A stretch of 64,000 nt of DNA from Hypanus sabinus (Eukaryota): assembly GCF_030144855.1 (NCBI RefSeq), contig NC_082722.1, forward strand, positions 48,360,001-48,424,000. The letters are read 5' to 3'. The notes under the pieces are model-generated. The model saw nothing but the letters and a program-made list of their open reading frames with translations. It did no database searches and was not told the origin of the DNA. This document shows, piece by piece, positions 24,795 to 37,419 of this stretch. How positions within the stretch are numbered: position 1 is the first letter of the stretch; every line of letters begins with the position of its first letter. The translations under genes and the position numbers were made by a program.

Positions 24795-25720
24795 GGGGAT
24801 GTACCTCGGTAACCAGTGCTGGGTCTTTTGTTGTTTAATGACTTGGATCGGAATGCCTCTGATCTGAAAAGTAAGTTTACTGGTGATGTGAAGATTGGTG
24901 GAATTGTAGATAGCAAGGACATTAGTCTAAGGGTGCAGAGGTTCACAGATCAGCTGGAAAGATAGGCAAAGTGGTAGCAGATGTGGTAGCAAGGAAATGT
25001 GAAATACTGCATTTTGGGTTGTATAATACTAACAGGACATATGCAGTTAACAGCAGGGACCTTAAAAACATTGCAGTTCAAAGGGCCCCAGGATCGAAGT
25101 TCATAGTTTCCTGAAATTGATGACATGGGTAGAAAGGGTGGTGAAGAAGGCATTGAGCTTGTTTGCCTTCATAGGCAGTGTAATTGAGAATAAGGGTATT
25201 GCCTCTGTACAAAACATTGGTTGAGAATATAGTGTGAAGTTCTGGTTACCACACTACAGAAAGGATGTGGGAGTTCTGGAGAAAGTGCAAAAGAAATTCA
25301 CCAGGATGTACTGAAATAGAGGGTTTTACTTACAAGGAGATATTGAATAAGCTGTAATTGTTCTCACTGTTGTGCAAGATGCTGTGCGGACATTATAGAG
25401 GTTTATAAAATTATGAAGGTCATAATTTGTAGGTATGTAGTTAGTCATAGTGTTTTTCAAGGGGAGGGGAGTCTAAAACTAGTGAATATGGGGTTTAATG
25501 TGAGGGGTAAAAATTGAAAGGAAATCTGGGGATCACAAAGGGGGTGGTAGCTATATAGAACACGATACAGGCAGTAATAATTATGGCATTTTAAAAAAGT
25601 ATTTGGATAGGTGCATGGATAGAAAAGGAAAAGAAGGATAGGGGATATGAGCCAATAACATAGTTAGACATATTGGTTGACATGGATGAGTCAGGCTGAA
25701 AGGCCATTTCCTTGCTGAAT
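24795..25720 (+). mobile_element. Old CR1 LINE 3' half
   Basis: Degenerate G.P.G.VLG, KF..D.KIGG, CEILHFG and 'EKVQKKFTRM' coding. Confidence 0.7.
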
Positions 25721-26154
25721 GAGGCAATGAATCTCAAATGAAATCAACTGTTTAAATATACATATGAGTTTTGTTTCATTGTTAGCTTTAGGTACAGAAT
25801 TCCACATTCTAATAATCTATTTTTAAAAAGAGGCTTACAAATTTACAAAAAAAATCCATACATTTGCAGCATTAAAGGGAAGAGCAATAATTCAGTAAAA
25901 GAGTAAAGAGAGAGAAACTACTGTAGATTATGTGTAAGCTTGTAGGTGATGTAAATAATAATTATAGGGGTTTCTAAAGCTATGGGAAAAAGAAATGAGT
26001 GGCAAAAACTAATATGGGTCCCTTTGAGATGACACTTGGAGACAAATGTGATTAGACACGGAAAATATGAAGGTAAAAATGTAATTGATAGATAGTGTAG
26101 GATCTTTTATGTATGCCATTAGAAAGGCAAGTAGGGAGAAAATGTTGGATATAG

Positions 26155-26512
26155 GGGTATGGCAACATAGTGGTTAAATTACTGGACTATTAATCTAGAC
26201 ACAAGAGTTTCAATCCCAAATTACACTGTGGAATTTAAATTCAAATAGAGTAACTAAATAACATCTGGATTTGAAGAAAAAAGAAATAAAGCTATCTTCA
26301 GTAATGGTAACCATTCAAATTATAGATTTTTTTTTGTTAAAATACGTCTTGTTCACTCAGGGATGCTACCTTCCTATCTGGTCTGGTCCATCCATGGCTC
26401 CAAATTCAGCAAAATACTTGAGTCATAACTGATTCCCCAATTCAGGGCTAATTAGGAATGGAAATAAATATTGGTACTACAAGTGGTAACCACATTCTGT
26501 AAGTAAATAAAA
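26155..26512 (+). mobile_element. tRNA-derived SINE remnant
   Basis: A-box-like TGGCAACATAGTGG and B-box-like GAGTTTCAATCCC, with an A-rich end. Confidence 0.55.
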
Positions 26513-26887
26513 ATTACAGATCTTTCAAAAGATGCTTGATAAGATAAAACATACAAGCTTATTAAATAAAATTGCTTCATTAGGTTAGGGTAACACTAAC
26601 ACAAATACAGTGGATTAGATTAAGGACAAAAAAAAACAGTACTTTTCAAGTTAACAAACTAATATTAATGAATACCAGTGGGATCAGTATTGGGCCCACC
26701 CTTTTTCTCAACTTACTTAAATGGCGTGTCTGAAAAAGACAGCAAATTTGTTTATGATGGGAACTAAGGTGAGAAAGTGAATAAGACGTGGAATCTGCAA
26801 AAGATCACAGAGAGTACAGAGAGGGCAAGAAGGTGACAGATGGAATACAATACCGAGAGATGAGGCATTTTGGAAGGAAGAGTTAAT

Positions 26888-29057
26888 TTATTTTTTATTT
26901 TTTTTATTAGTTTTTTAATACATTTTACAAATTTAAAAAAACCCTAAATCAGAATGAGGAACATTAATACAGTGCAAAATTAAGCATACAATGACAATAT
27001 GATACAAAGAAAGAGAATTTTTTAAAAAAGCACCTAAATTGAAGACAAGTAAACTTAGTATCCTCCCCCAACCCCACAACACAATAAAAAAACTCCAGAC
27101 CAACCACAACACAATATAGAGAATATAATATAGAATATAAATCAGGACAATCAAACTCCCAGACTGTGAATACACTCAGCAACAGAGGATAATAATGCCT
27201 ACTACCAGAAAAAAAAAAGGAGCTGAAAGCAAGGGACCGAAAAAAAGAAAAAAAAACCCTAGTCAAGAGGAAGGTTATGAAAGTACTCGATAAAAGGTCC
27301 CCAGACCTTATGGAACTTTAAATCCAAATTAAGAACTGAATAATGGATTTTTTCGAGGTCTAAGCAGGCCATAATGTTGTTAAGCCATTGAGCATGAGTG
27401 GGCGGGGCAACATCTCTCCATCTAAGGAGGATCAAGCGTCTAGCCAGGAGAGAGGCAAAGGATAATATTCGGCATTTGGTCGGACTCAGACATAAATCTG
27501 TCTCGCCCCAGAAACCGAACAAAGCAATTAAGGGGTTTGCTTCTAGGTGCTGATTCAGAATATACGATAACGTAGTGAAGACATCTTTCCAAAATTTCTC
27601 CAAGCTAGGACAGAACCAGTACATATGAATGAGAGAGGCCTCGCCCCTCTTGCATTTGTCACAAAGCGGACTAATGTTAGGGTAGAATCGAGATAGTTTA
27701 GATTTAGACATATGGGCTCTATGAACAATCTTAAACTGTAAAAGGCAATGGATTTAGATTTAGACATATGGGCTCTATGAACAATCTTAAACTGTAAAAG
27801 GCAATGGCGAGCTCAAAGAGAGGTTGAGTTAACAAATTTGAGAATCGAGTCCCAACTCTCATCAGATAAGGAGATATTTAAATCCTGCTCCCATGCCATT
27901 TTAATTTTATCCACAGGGGCCTGTCATAAGGCCGCTAACTTATCTCGAATAATTGATATTAAACCTTTACCTAGTGGATTAATGGAAAGAAATAAGTCCA
28001 TAGCATTTTTTGCAGGCATTTCAGGAAAGTTAGGAATTAAAGGAGCAATAAAGTGTCTAATTTGGAGATATCTAAAAAAAATGAGCATTGGGCAGGTTGA
28101 ATTTAACAGAGAGCTGCTGAAAAGAAGCGAAGTGATTATCAATGAAAAGATCTTCAAAATGCCTAATGCCTTTCCTATACCAAACATGGAATGCTGAATC
28201 GTACGTAGTAGGTAGGAAAAGGTGATTATGTACGACAGGGCTGGAAACGGAAAAACCATGGAAACCATAGCATTTCCTAAACTGAGCCCATATACGCAAA
28301 GTGTGTCTAACAAGAGGATTAGCTATTAATCTGGACAGACTACTAGGGAGTGCAGAGCCAAGAAATGCAGAGATAGTTCTTTAGTGGAGCTCAACTCCAT
28401 TGCCACCCAATAAGGGCACTCGGGTTGGCCATGGAAAAAAGACCAAAAGGTAGCACAACGTATATTAGCTGCCCAATAATATAAACAAAAGTTAGGTAAA
28501 GCCATGCCACCCTCTTTTTTAGGTTTTTGGAGATGGATTTTACTAATTCTAGAGCGCTTATTCTTCCACAGATATGACAAAATAATAGAGTCTAAGGAGT
28601 CAAAAAAAGATTTAGGAATAAAAATTGGGATAGATTGAAATAAGTATAAAAATTATACAATCTGTTTTATTAACTCTTCCTTCCACTTATTACTATATAA
28701 AGTATAAAAATTTGGGGAGAACATACATTTTAACAACATTAATATGACCTACCAAAGACATAGATAGAGGTGACCATTGTACCAGACTCTGTTTTATAGT
28801 ATATGAAAGATTGGCAAAATTTTCACGAAAGAGATCTTTAAAATTCCTTGTGACTGTAATTCCAAGATAAGTAGATTGATTATGGACTACTTTAAAAGGG
28901 AGATCACGAAATGTTAATTCTTGTGCTTCTTTATTAATTGGGAAAAGTTCACTCTTATGTAAATTAAGCTTATAGCCAGAGATCTGGCTAAACTGGTCAA
29001 GAAGTGAAAACATTGGAGGTAAGGATGTAGACAGATTTGAGAGAAAGAGTAATAAGT
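26888..29057 (-). mobile_element. 5'-truncated L1-clade LINE (ORF2 end, 3' UTR, A-rich tail) inserted in an old CR1
   Basis: Exact 17-bp TSD TGGAAGGAAGAGTTAAT at 26871-26887 and 29058-29074. T-rich tail at about 26888-26916 on +. Minus-strand coding FSQISGYKLNLHKSE, GGMALPNF and a C-terminal CCHC (CDKC...HMYWFC). Confidence 0.93.
27697..27807. repeat. Exact 55-bp tandem duplication inside the L1
   Basis: TTTAGATTTAGACATATGGGCTCTATGAACAATCTTAAACTGTAAAAGGCAATGG at 27697-27751 and 27753-27807. Confidence 0.95.
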
Positions 29058-29936
29058 GGAAGGAAGAGTTAATAAAACAGATTGTTTAAAATGACATGAT
29101 CCTAGCAAAAATTTGTGTACAAAATTATTTAAATGTGGTAATCAAGAGAGACAAAACAGATGTATTAAGCAACATGAAAGATAAATGGTATGTTAGTTTT
29201 CATTTCAGTATAAAAATGATAAAGTTTTTGTTTCTGTACCTGAACAAAGATATACTGGCTTTTGAATCAGTATGATGTAAATTTATGAGATGTATTTCTT
29301 GGAATAAGGAATTTGGCCTATGAAAAGTGATTGAGGAAGTTTAGCATACAATCATTGTAAATTAGAAGAGTTCTTTCTGAGGAAGTAAATTTTATTGTAA
29401 GTGACTAACAAATTAAATGACAAAGCTATTCCCGCACAGTGGAGAGTCCAAAACTAGGAGGTGATGTGACAGGAGATAAGACATTGCCCATGTAAAATTG
29501 AGTTGAGGAAAAGTCTCTTTATATCAATTTACAGATTGTTCGAATTCTCTGCCTTTTAGGATTAGCTGTTGACGTTGATAAACACTAAAATTAACAGATC
29601 TTTGTTCACAAAGCATATGGTGATCAACTAGGAAAGTGGACAGCCATGAATTTGAATAGCAGAGCAGGATCAAAGTGCTAAAGAGCTTACTCCAGCTTTT
29701 TTTAAAAGTTATTATCACATTGGTATCCAGATGACACTTTGATTGTTGGTAATGTGGTTTGTAAATTCTCATCTCTTTCAATCCTTCCATAGCCTTTTCT
29801 ATTACCTTCTGTAATGAACTGTATACCAGTTCTGATATTTCTGATATCTTGGCATTTGTCCATTAATGGCCTTATACTTACTCCCTGAATTTTATCACTA
29901 ACAAGAGAAAATCTGTAGATGCTGGAAATTTGAGCA

Positions 29937-30081
29937 ACACATACAAAATGCTGGAGGAATTCAGCAGACCAGGCAGTATCTATAGGAAAGAGTACAGTCG
30001 ACATTTTGGGCTGAAACATCGACTGTACTCTTTTCCACAGATGCTGCCTGGCCTGCTGAGTTCCTCCAGCATTTTGTGTGT
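29937..30081. repeat. Fold-back of two inverted Penelope-associated terminal repeats
   Basis: CAAAATGCTGGAGGAATTCAGCAGACCAGGCAGTATCT...GAGTACAGTCGA pairs with TCGACTGTACTC...AGATGCTGCCTGGCCTGCTGAGTTCCTCCAGCATTTTG. Confidence 0.85.
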
Positions 30082-31019
30082 CCCTGATTTTTATTTCTGC
30101 ACTATGTCAGTGCTTCAGCCCTAGCCCTACTCCTCTATGCCTCTCTATCACTACTTCTTCCTGTAAAATGCTTCTTGAAACTACCACTTGTTACTTATCA
30201 CAATACTTCCTCATGCAAGTCAATATCAAGTTTAGTTTGATAGTACTCACATTTAGTACTTTTTTACTGTGTTGAAACGCTGTACTTCTGATGAAGGCAT
30301 TGTTTAATTTTCCAATGTCACTATTTTCACAGATCTAAAATATGAGAGATTTTCCATTGATGATTTTTAATCTATTTATGTCTTTTGAGTTCTCTCTTGG
30401 ATTGGTATAAGAATGGAAACCCAGACTTTTTATCTATGCTCCTTTTGCTGAACCACCAAAAAAATCACTAGAATCTTGCAAATGCTGGTCCTACACTGTT
30501 TTTAGGACATTCTGCTTGTTTGTTTCAGGGATTAAAGGTGCAAATCATCTCTGGCAGAGCTGAAAATGGAGACCACTTAGAAAGACAATACTCAATCTCT
30601 TGGTTGTTGGGATGAATATACAGGGAGTAAATTAGGTATGAATAGAGCAATCTGATCACCAGTAGGGTGTCAATGTACTGACAATGCAGAGTCCAGACAG
30701 GGATTAGAGGTAAGAATAGTTTTCTCTTTCTCAAATATGGACCTATTATGGGACTGAAGGAAGCAATAGTTGGCTGGTGTCAGTGGAATAATTAAGTTCT
30801 TCTACCTGCATGGGACAGGCAGCAACAAATGAATGCATATGTCAGGTTTGTGCAAAGCAATTTCTTTCCCACTGATCTTCAAAACTCCTACTTTTTTCCT
30901 GATTCATTACAACTGTCATATGTTGGCTTCAGACATAGAGTAGATGCAGCCATCATTTATTTTGTGGAATAAGGAATGAATTATGAATTGCAAATGGACA
31001 TTACTGTCCTTGTTTATTG

Positions 31020-31520
31020 GGTGTGTCAGGGCAAGGTGCATAGAGCCGTTCTGTTGGTAAACAATTTGGTGAATGTCCAATGTGGCGGGAATGGAGTTTT
31101 CAATAAGTGATATTATCAGCTGTCAAAGCACTTCATGATAATTAGCATCGGGGCCACTGGGCAGTAGTCACTTAGATCTGAAGGTGTAGAGTTCTTTAGT
31201 ACAGGGATGATGGTAGCAGATTTGAAACATGTGGGGACTGCAGCAGGATGAGTGAAGAAGATATCCATGAAGATATCAGTGAGCTGGTTTGCACACTTAC
31301 TGAGAACTCAGCCTGAGGTGTTGTCTGGCCCTGCTGACAGTCTGCAGAGTTCTTCTCATGTTTGTTACCATTACAGACAGTGGCTGCTTATCTGGGAAGA
31401 GGGTAGCTTTTGTGTTGCATGCCTGAAAGTGTGCATAAAAGTTGTTTACAGCATCATGTAAGGAGGCTTCACTGGTACAGTCAACACTGTCTTTCCTTGC
31501 TTAGTCTGTAATGCAGAATG
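31020..31520 (-). mobile_element. Old Rex1-like LINE RT fragment
   Basis: The minus strand encodes IFMDIF and LSDYCPVAPMLIIMKCFD. Confidence 0.6.
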
Positions 31521-31669
31521 AGAAGGAAGCTTTGATGATCATTTTGGGGGCGACAATTTCAGATTTTTCTTGATAGCTTTTCCCACTGGTCATGGATTAT
31601 AAAGCATGGTTATCTTTGATCCAAAATGAGCAATTCCAGTGAAGGTAGCATTAGAGAAACAATCATGAA

Positions 31670-34362
31670 TACTTTTGTTCTCTTCCTCTGCCATGTTGAT
31701 GACTGCATTGGTGCTATTTTAGGCACCCATGCTCACCTCATCAATTTCTTCAACTTTGCCTCCAACATTCACCCTGCCTTTAGCTACAATCAGTGCATTT
31801 CAGACACATCTCTCTGCTTTTGAAATTGAAAAAAAATTCTGATTGAATTTAGAGACAGAATTGGATGCACATCAGCTTTTGCAGGGTTTGCAGGCCATTA
31901 CTTCCTACGAAGCAAAACCTAACATCATGAATGGCAGTGATGCTTCACTTTTATACATGTTTTGAAAGGTAAAATAGAATTACCTCTATTCAAATCTCCA
32001 CAGTACCTGAAACCCTGTGATCTGTCTAGCAGGCCAATGTCAAAACATCTTTCAAGAGGGTAAAACTTTGCAAGGCTTCAGGACCTGATGGTGTACCTGG
32101 TAGGGTTCTGAAAATCTGTGCCAACAAACTGGTGGGAGTGTTCAAAGAAATCTTCAATTTCTCACTGCTGTAGTCGAAGGTTCCCATCCATTCTGAAAGG
32201 GTGACAATCATACTAATGCCCAAGAAGAACAGGGAGAGCTGCCTCAATGACTATTGCCTACTTGCACTCACATCTACTGTGATGAAGTGTGTTAAGAGGT
32301 TGGTCATGGTCAGAATCAACTATTGCCTAAGCGAAGACCTAGACCCACTGCAATTTGCCAATTGCTGCAATAGGTCGACAGCAGATACAATTTCACTGGC
32401 TCTTTGGTTGACCTGGATAACTAGGACAATAGTAATACTTACGTCAATGTCAGAAAGACCAAGGCACTGATTGAGGACTTCAGGAAGAGCAAGTCAAGGC
32501 AACACACACTAGAGCTCATTGATGAATCAGTAGTGGAAAGCATGGTAAGTTTCAAGTTCCTGGGTGTCAACATCTCTGAGGATCTATCCTGGGCCCAACA
32601 TTTTGGTGCAATGACAACAGTGGCTATATTTCATTAGGAGTTTGAGGAGAATTGATATGCCACCGAAGACATTTGCAAATTTCTACAAATATACCATGGA
32701 GAGCTTTCTCACTGTTTGCATCATTATCTGGTATTGGAGAGGGACCCCTGCACAGGATCAGAAAAAGCTGCAGAATGTTGTAAACTCAGCCAGCTCCATC
32801 ATGGGCATGAGCCTCCCCAGCATCGAGAACACCTTAAAAAGACAATGCCTCAAAAACGCTGCTTCCATCATTAAGGACTCCCATCACCCAGGACATGTCC
32901 TTTTCTCATTGCCCATCAAGAAGGAGGTAAAGGAGTCTGAAGACATACACTCAACATTTCAGGAAGAGCTTCTTCCCCTCCACCATCAGATTTGCGAATG
33001 GGCAATAAACCCATGAAGACGTCCTTGGTATTTTTCCCCCTCTTTTTGACTACTTGTTTTAATTATTCTTATATACACATTATAATTTATAGTTTTTAAT
33101 ACCATTTGTTGAAACATACTGCTGCAAAGCAACAAATTTCACGACCTATGCCAGTGATTTTAAACCTGATTCTGATTCTTATTTCTTCATCTTTCTGTCT
33201 CCATCTATGGAGACAAACTGTCTACCGACATCTTTTATAAAACTATTGATTCCCATGGATATCTTGACTAAATCTCTTCCCACCCTATCTCTTCTAAAAA
33301 TACTATTCTCTTTTGTCTGTTCCTTCACCTCCACTGCATCTGTTCTTAGAATGAGGCTTTCCTTTCCAGGACATTATGAGATGTCCTTCTTCTTCAACTA
33401 GAATGGGGTTTCCCTTCCTCCACTATTGATACTGCCCTCAACCACATCTCCTCCATTTTGGAGACATATGTGCTCACCCCATCTTCCCACCACTTTTAAC
33501 AGGGGTAGAGTTCCTCTTGTCCTCACCTAACACGACATAAGCCTCCACATCTAACACATCATTGTCCACAGCTTCGGACATCTCCAAAGGGATCCTACCA
33601 CCAAACACATCTTTACCTCCTTCCCCGACTCTCTGCTTTCCACTAGGATTGCTCCCTCCACGATTTCCTTGTCCATTTATCTCTCCCCCCTGGCACATAT
33701 CACTGCAAATGACCAAAGTGCTACACCTGTCCATGTAGCTTCTCCCTCACCTCCTTTAGGGCTTCGAACTGTCCTTGCAGGTGAGGCAACACTTCACCTG
33801 TGCATCTGTTGGATTGACAATTGTAACCAGTGCTCTCAATGGGGCCTCCTCTACACTGATGAGACCCAAAGTAAATTGGTAGAGCACTTCATCGAGCGCC
33901 CCTGCTCCATGCACCAAAAGCGGAACATCCAGTGGCCAACCATTTTAATTTTTTATCCCTATCCCTATATGGAAATTTTGGTCCATGCCTTCCTTTTTTG
34001 CCAGCATGATGGTGGAAGAGCAACACCTCACATTCTGTATAGGTAGCCTCCAACCTAATGACAGAAATATTGATTTTTCCCTTCCTTATTCCTCTTCTAT
34101 TCTCCATTGTGGCATTTTACCTCTTCTCCTCATCTGCCTAGCACCTCTCCCCTTCTTCTTCCCTTTCTCCTATGGTCCACTTTCTTCTCCTATCGGATTC
34201 CTTCATCTCCAGTCCTTTCCAGCTGGCTTCACCCATCCTCTTCGTGCTCCTTCCCCACCTTGTTACTTCTCCCTTACTTTTAGTCTTGAAGAAATGTGGA
34301 CTGCTTATTCACTTCCATGTGTACAGCCTGACTTGTTAAGTTCCTCCAGTATTTTGTGTACA
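31670..34362 (+). mobile_element. Penelope-like element (RT end plus GIY-YIG), interrupted by a Rex LINE
   Basis: The 5' piece HVDDCIGA...DTSLCF (31670-31822) resumes at about 33185 (SVSIYGDKLSTDIFYK). GIY-YIG-like CSQWGLLYTDETQSKLVEHFIE lies near 33830. A pyrimidine-rich terminal repeat runs to about 34362. Confidence 0.75.
31840..33179 (+). mobile_element. Rex1/Babar LINE nested in the Penelope element
   Basis: GPDGVPGRVLK, CLNDYCLLALTSTVMKC and DPLQFA motifs. An internal deletion removes the RT core. The tail is TAAACCTGATTCTGATTCT. Confidence 0.85.
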
Positions 34363-34368
34363 TTGTAA

Positions 34369-34647
34369 TGGATACCTTGTTGATCCTGGATGACCATTAA
34401 GTACTGAACATTGAAGCAGAATGCTCATGCAGATGTGTTGCCGCTATCATTTTTTGCTAAACAGGGAGACTCCTTTGTTATTTAAATTTAACAATGACTC
34501 CTATTCTGGATACCTTGTTGATCCTGGATGACCATTAAGTACTGAACATTGAAGCAGAATGCTCATGCAGATGTGTTGCCGCTATCATTTTTTGCTAAAC
34601 AGGGAGACTCCTTTGTTATTTAAATTTAACAATGACTCCTATTCTGG
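34369..34647. repeat. Exact 138-bp tandem duplication
   Basis: 34369-34506 equals 34507-34644, with TGG microhomology at the junctions. Confidence 0.95.
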
Positions 34648-35984
34648 CCACCACTTTACACGTATCCTGTCACTGACAGCTGTTTAAAGCAGTTTTCAAT
34701 ATCCATAAAATAATCACAACCCATTTATTTGTTCACACACCTTTAGTTCTAAAACATCACATTATGGTTATTTTGTCCCAATAGATGCAAGAAAATAAAA
34801 TCTACTGTATATTTAGTTTCCGTTATCTAGTTTTCTCCTATTCCTGTCAATGTTTTCAAACCATCATTCCATCCCCTGTAACCTAGTTAATAGCCATTGT
34901 TCCACTTGATTACTTAATGTACTGCCATTTTCTCCACACCTCTTACTTCTTCCTTCATTGTCAATGCTGGCCCTCTATTCATTCTGATTTAGTGTTTTTG
35001 CTATGCTCCTCCATTGCAATCAATTTCCTTTTGCCATTCTTTTCCCTCCTTAACTGTTTCTAATTCACAGCTACTTATAACTACATTTTATCACTTACAC
35101 CCCACAGCTTGCTCAAATCTGCTCCTGTGTCTGGCTGCATACACAATAGATCTCTTTTGCAGATTTTCTCAGGATGATCATAAAGTTGATAGATTCTTGA
35201 TTGGATATGGCATCAAAGGTTATGGGGAGAAGGCCAGGAACTGGGGCTGAGGAGGAGATAGAAAAAAGGATCAGCCATGATTGAATGGTGGGGCAGACTG
35301 GATGAGCCAGGTGGCCTAATTCTGCTCTTATGTTTTATGGTCTTATAAATGCCTTAGTTCTAGACATTTTGTGGAAAAGCCTCTGATTATGCACAAGTTG
35401 TTGCCCTGTAAGTACAGAGCTAGTATCCAACCAAGTGTCTGAAGCAGCAGAGGCGAGAGTGAGATCTGGTTTGTAGCAAGAATAAAAGAATTACTCATGT
35501 CACTAAGTCATATTTATCACATTGATATATCTCTTCCTCAGTCTTAAGATTAATACTAAAATCTTGTTTGTATATGTAGCTATTTCTTGTTTCTTACAAT
35601 TGTTAATGTTAAGAAATATCCTCCAAACCAATATACGTTTGTTTTACACAAGGTTATAGGACCGCTCCGAAATACAGCAACAAAATAGCATTGAAGTTTA
35701 TTAACGGAGGTAGACTTAACAACCTCTCATGTATTTTCTGACCCATCAAGTGGTGTACATCTCTGTTGACCACTGTTTGCAGGTCAGCCACTTATTTTGA
35801 TAATGATTTAAATATATTCACATGTCAACCATTTGTTTTAACCAACACTGCCATGCCTGCAAACCTGTACTGAGCATTGCAATGATCTATCAATGTGTGA
35901 AACTGATCAAGTCTTCCCTCCCTTTCTCAGAATGTTGTGACCTAAGGAGCTTCTGCCAAAACAACTTAGTGAAATGATGACACC

Positions 35985-36196
35985 TGTTACATTTTGTAAC
36001 TTCAGGAACTAATCAAAAGAAAAACCCACAGCCAGGATATTTTGTTTTCATTTGATGAGGCCCTCACATATGACATGGTGAGGTATTAACATTTGCCATT
36101 CACATACTTCTTACATTTAACCCATAATGAATGATGTAAACAAACAACCTACTTACAATATTACTCAAATATTATTGAAATATTGAATACACTACA
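35985..36196. mobile_element. Short solo LTR
   Basis: TGTTA...CTACA termini and a candidate 5-bp TSD ACACC / ACACT. A related partial copy lies at about 19.7 kb. Confidence 0.6.
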
Positions 36197-36664
36197 ACAC
36201 TTGCTTTTGCATGACTACATCTGCATAACAGAATATGCCCCACATTCCATAGCAGAGGATATCCTATATGCCTCCACAAATACTAAGGTCTCAATATCAA
36301 ACTGGTTCTTCTGTGTTGTCTCATATCAGTTCACACATCAAACCAGAGTCTGTAACCTAAAAATGTCAACTCTTCTCCAGCATCTTTAACCTGATCATGT
36401 AGTCGTTATCATAACTTATGGTGTCTAAGTACGTAGGACGAACTTCCCATTGCCTCATGTATCTCTGGCCCTACTAATGACAAAATATCACCATTCTCTT
36501 GTTCTAAATAGTGGCAGTGTTCTGATTTGCCCTGAGCACAAAAATATTGCTTTCTCTCTGGAATATCGCCTCCTGTTACCACAACAGGGAAATGGTTGAG
36601 AGCATTTTAAAAAAGTTTATAGATATAATGCGGAATGGGTCCTCTGAGCTGCACAACCTAGCAA

Positions 36665-36885
36665 CTCCCCAATTTAACCCTAACTTATGCACAGGACAAT
36701 TTACAAAGATCAATTAACCTTCTAAACGGTAAGTCTTTGTATTGTGGGAGGAAACCGAAGGACTCAGAGAAATCTCACACATTTCACGGGGAAGATGTAC
36801 AAGCTCCTTACAGAGGATGCCAGGATTGAACTCTGACGCCAAGCTGCAATAGTGTTGGACTAACCATGAAGTTAACTGTGGCGTC
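36665..36885 (-). mobile_element. V-SINE (HE1-like) remnant
   Basis: CAATTAACC...GTCTTTG..TGTGGGAGGAAACCG pattern shared with 9140-9322. Confidence 0.6.
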
Positions 36886-37419
36886 CAACGTTAACAACTA
36901 CCCACCAACTTCATTACTCTGCCTGGAGAATATCACTTCATTGTTGATTACTACCTTTTTTAGTTCCTCAAGTAGATCTCAAACTCGTCACCAAGAACGT
37001 TCACCAGTTTCCCTAAATTTTGTTTAGTAAAGCAAATAAAGATGATGGGGCTTCTAACATCCTAACATTATTATTTCTTGAAGGTGAGGTACACTGAACC
37101 AATACCAGTGGCTGCTATAATGATGTATCCAAGGTTGTACAACACATTATACAATATGTTAGACATAACTGCAAACAAATGGTAACAAAGAGGACTGTTG
37201 CTGAGATATTATTTCCATTAAAACCATCATACATATTCTCAATTTTCAGCATTATATTTATTAGTTCCAACATGGAGATAGCTTACTATCTCTTTTTAAT
37301 AATCTGAGTCATTAGTCCCTCTCCGGTGTTCTCTGCTTTGCAAAATAAATGTAAAATGTTGCATGAATTGCAAACATTTTCCCATAAAGTTCCTATGATT
37401 CACCTCCAATCTATGGTGG

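Noticed and set aside
26155-26225. tRNA gene
   Set aside because: A- and B-box-like motifs are present but no cloverleaf forms. It continues into SINE body sequence.
32470-33016. Host gene with an ALKBH8-like N-terminal segment
   Set aside because: The same sequence recurs at least five times in the window as the C-terminal part of Rex1/Babar ORF2 and is frameshifted.
34369-34647. CRISPR-like array
   Set aside because: It is two contiguous units with no spacers and no cas genes, in a vertebrate context.
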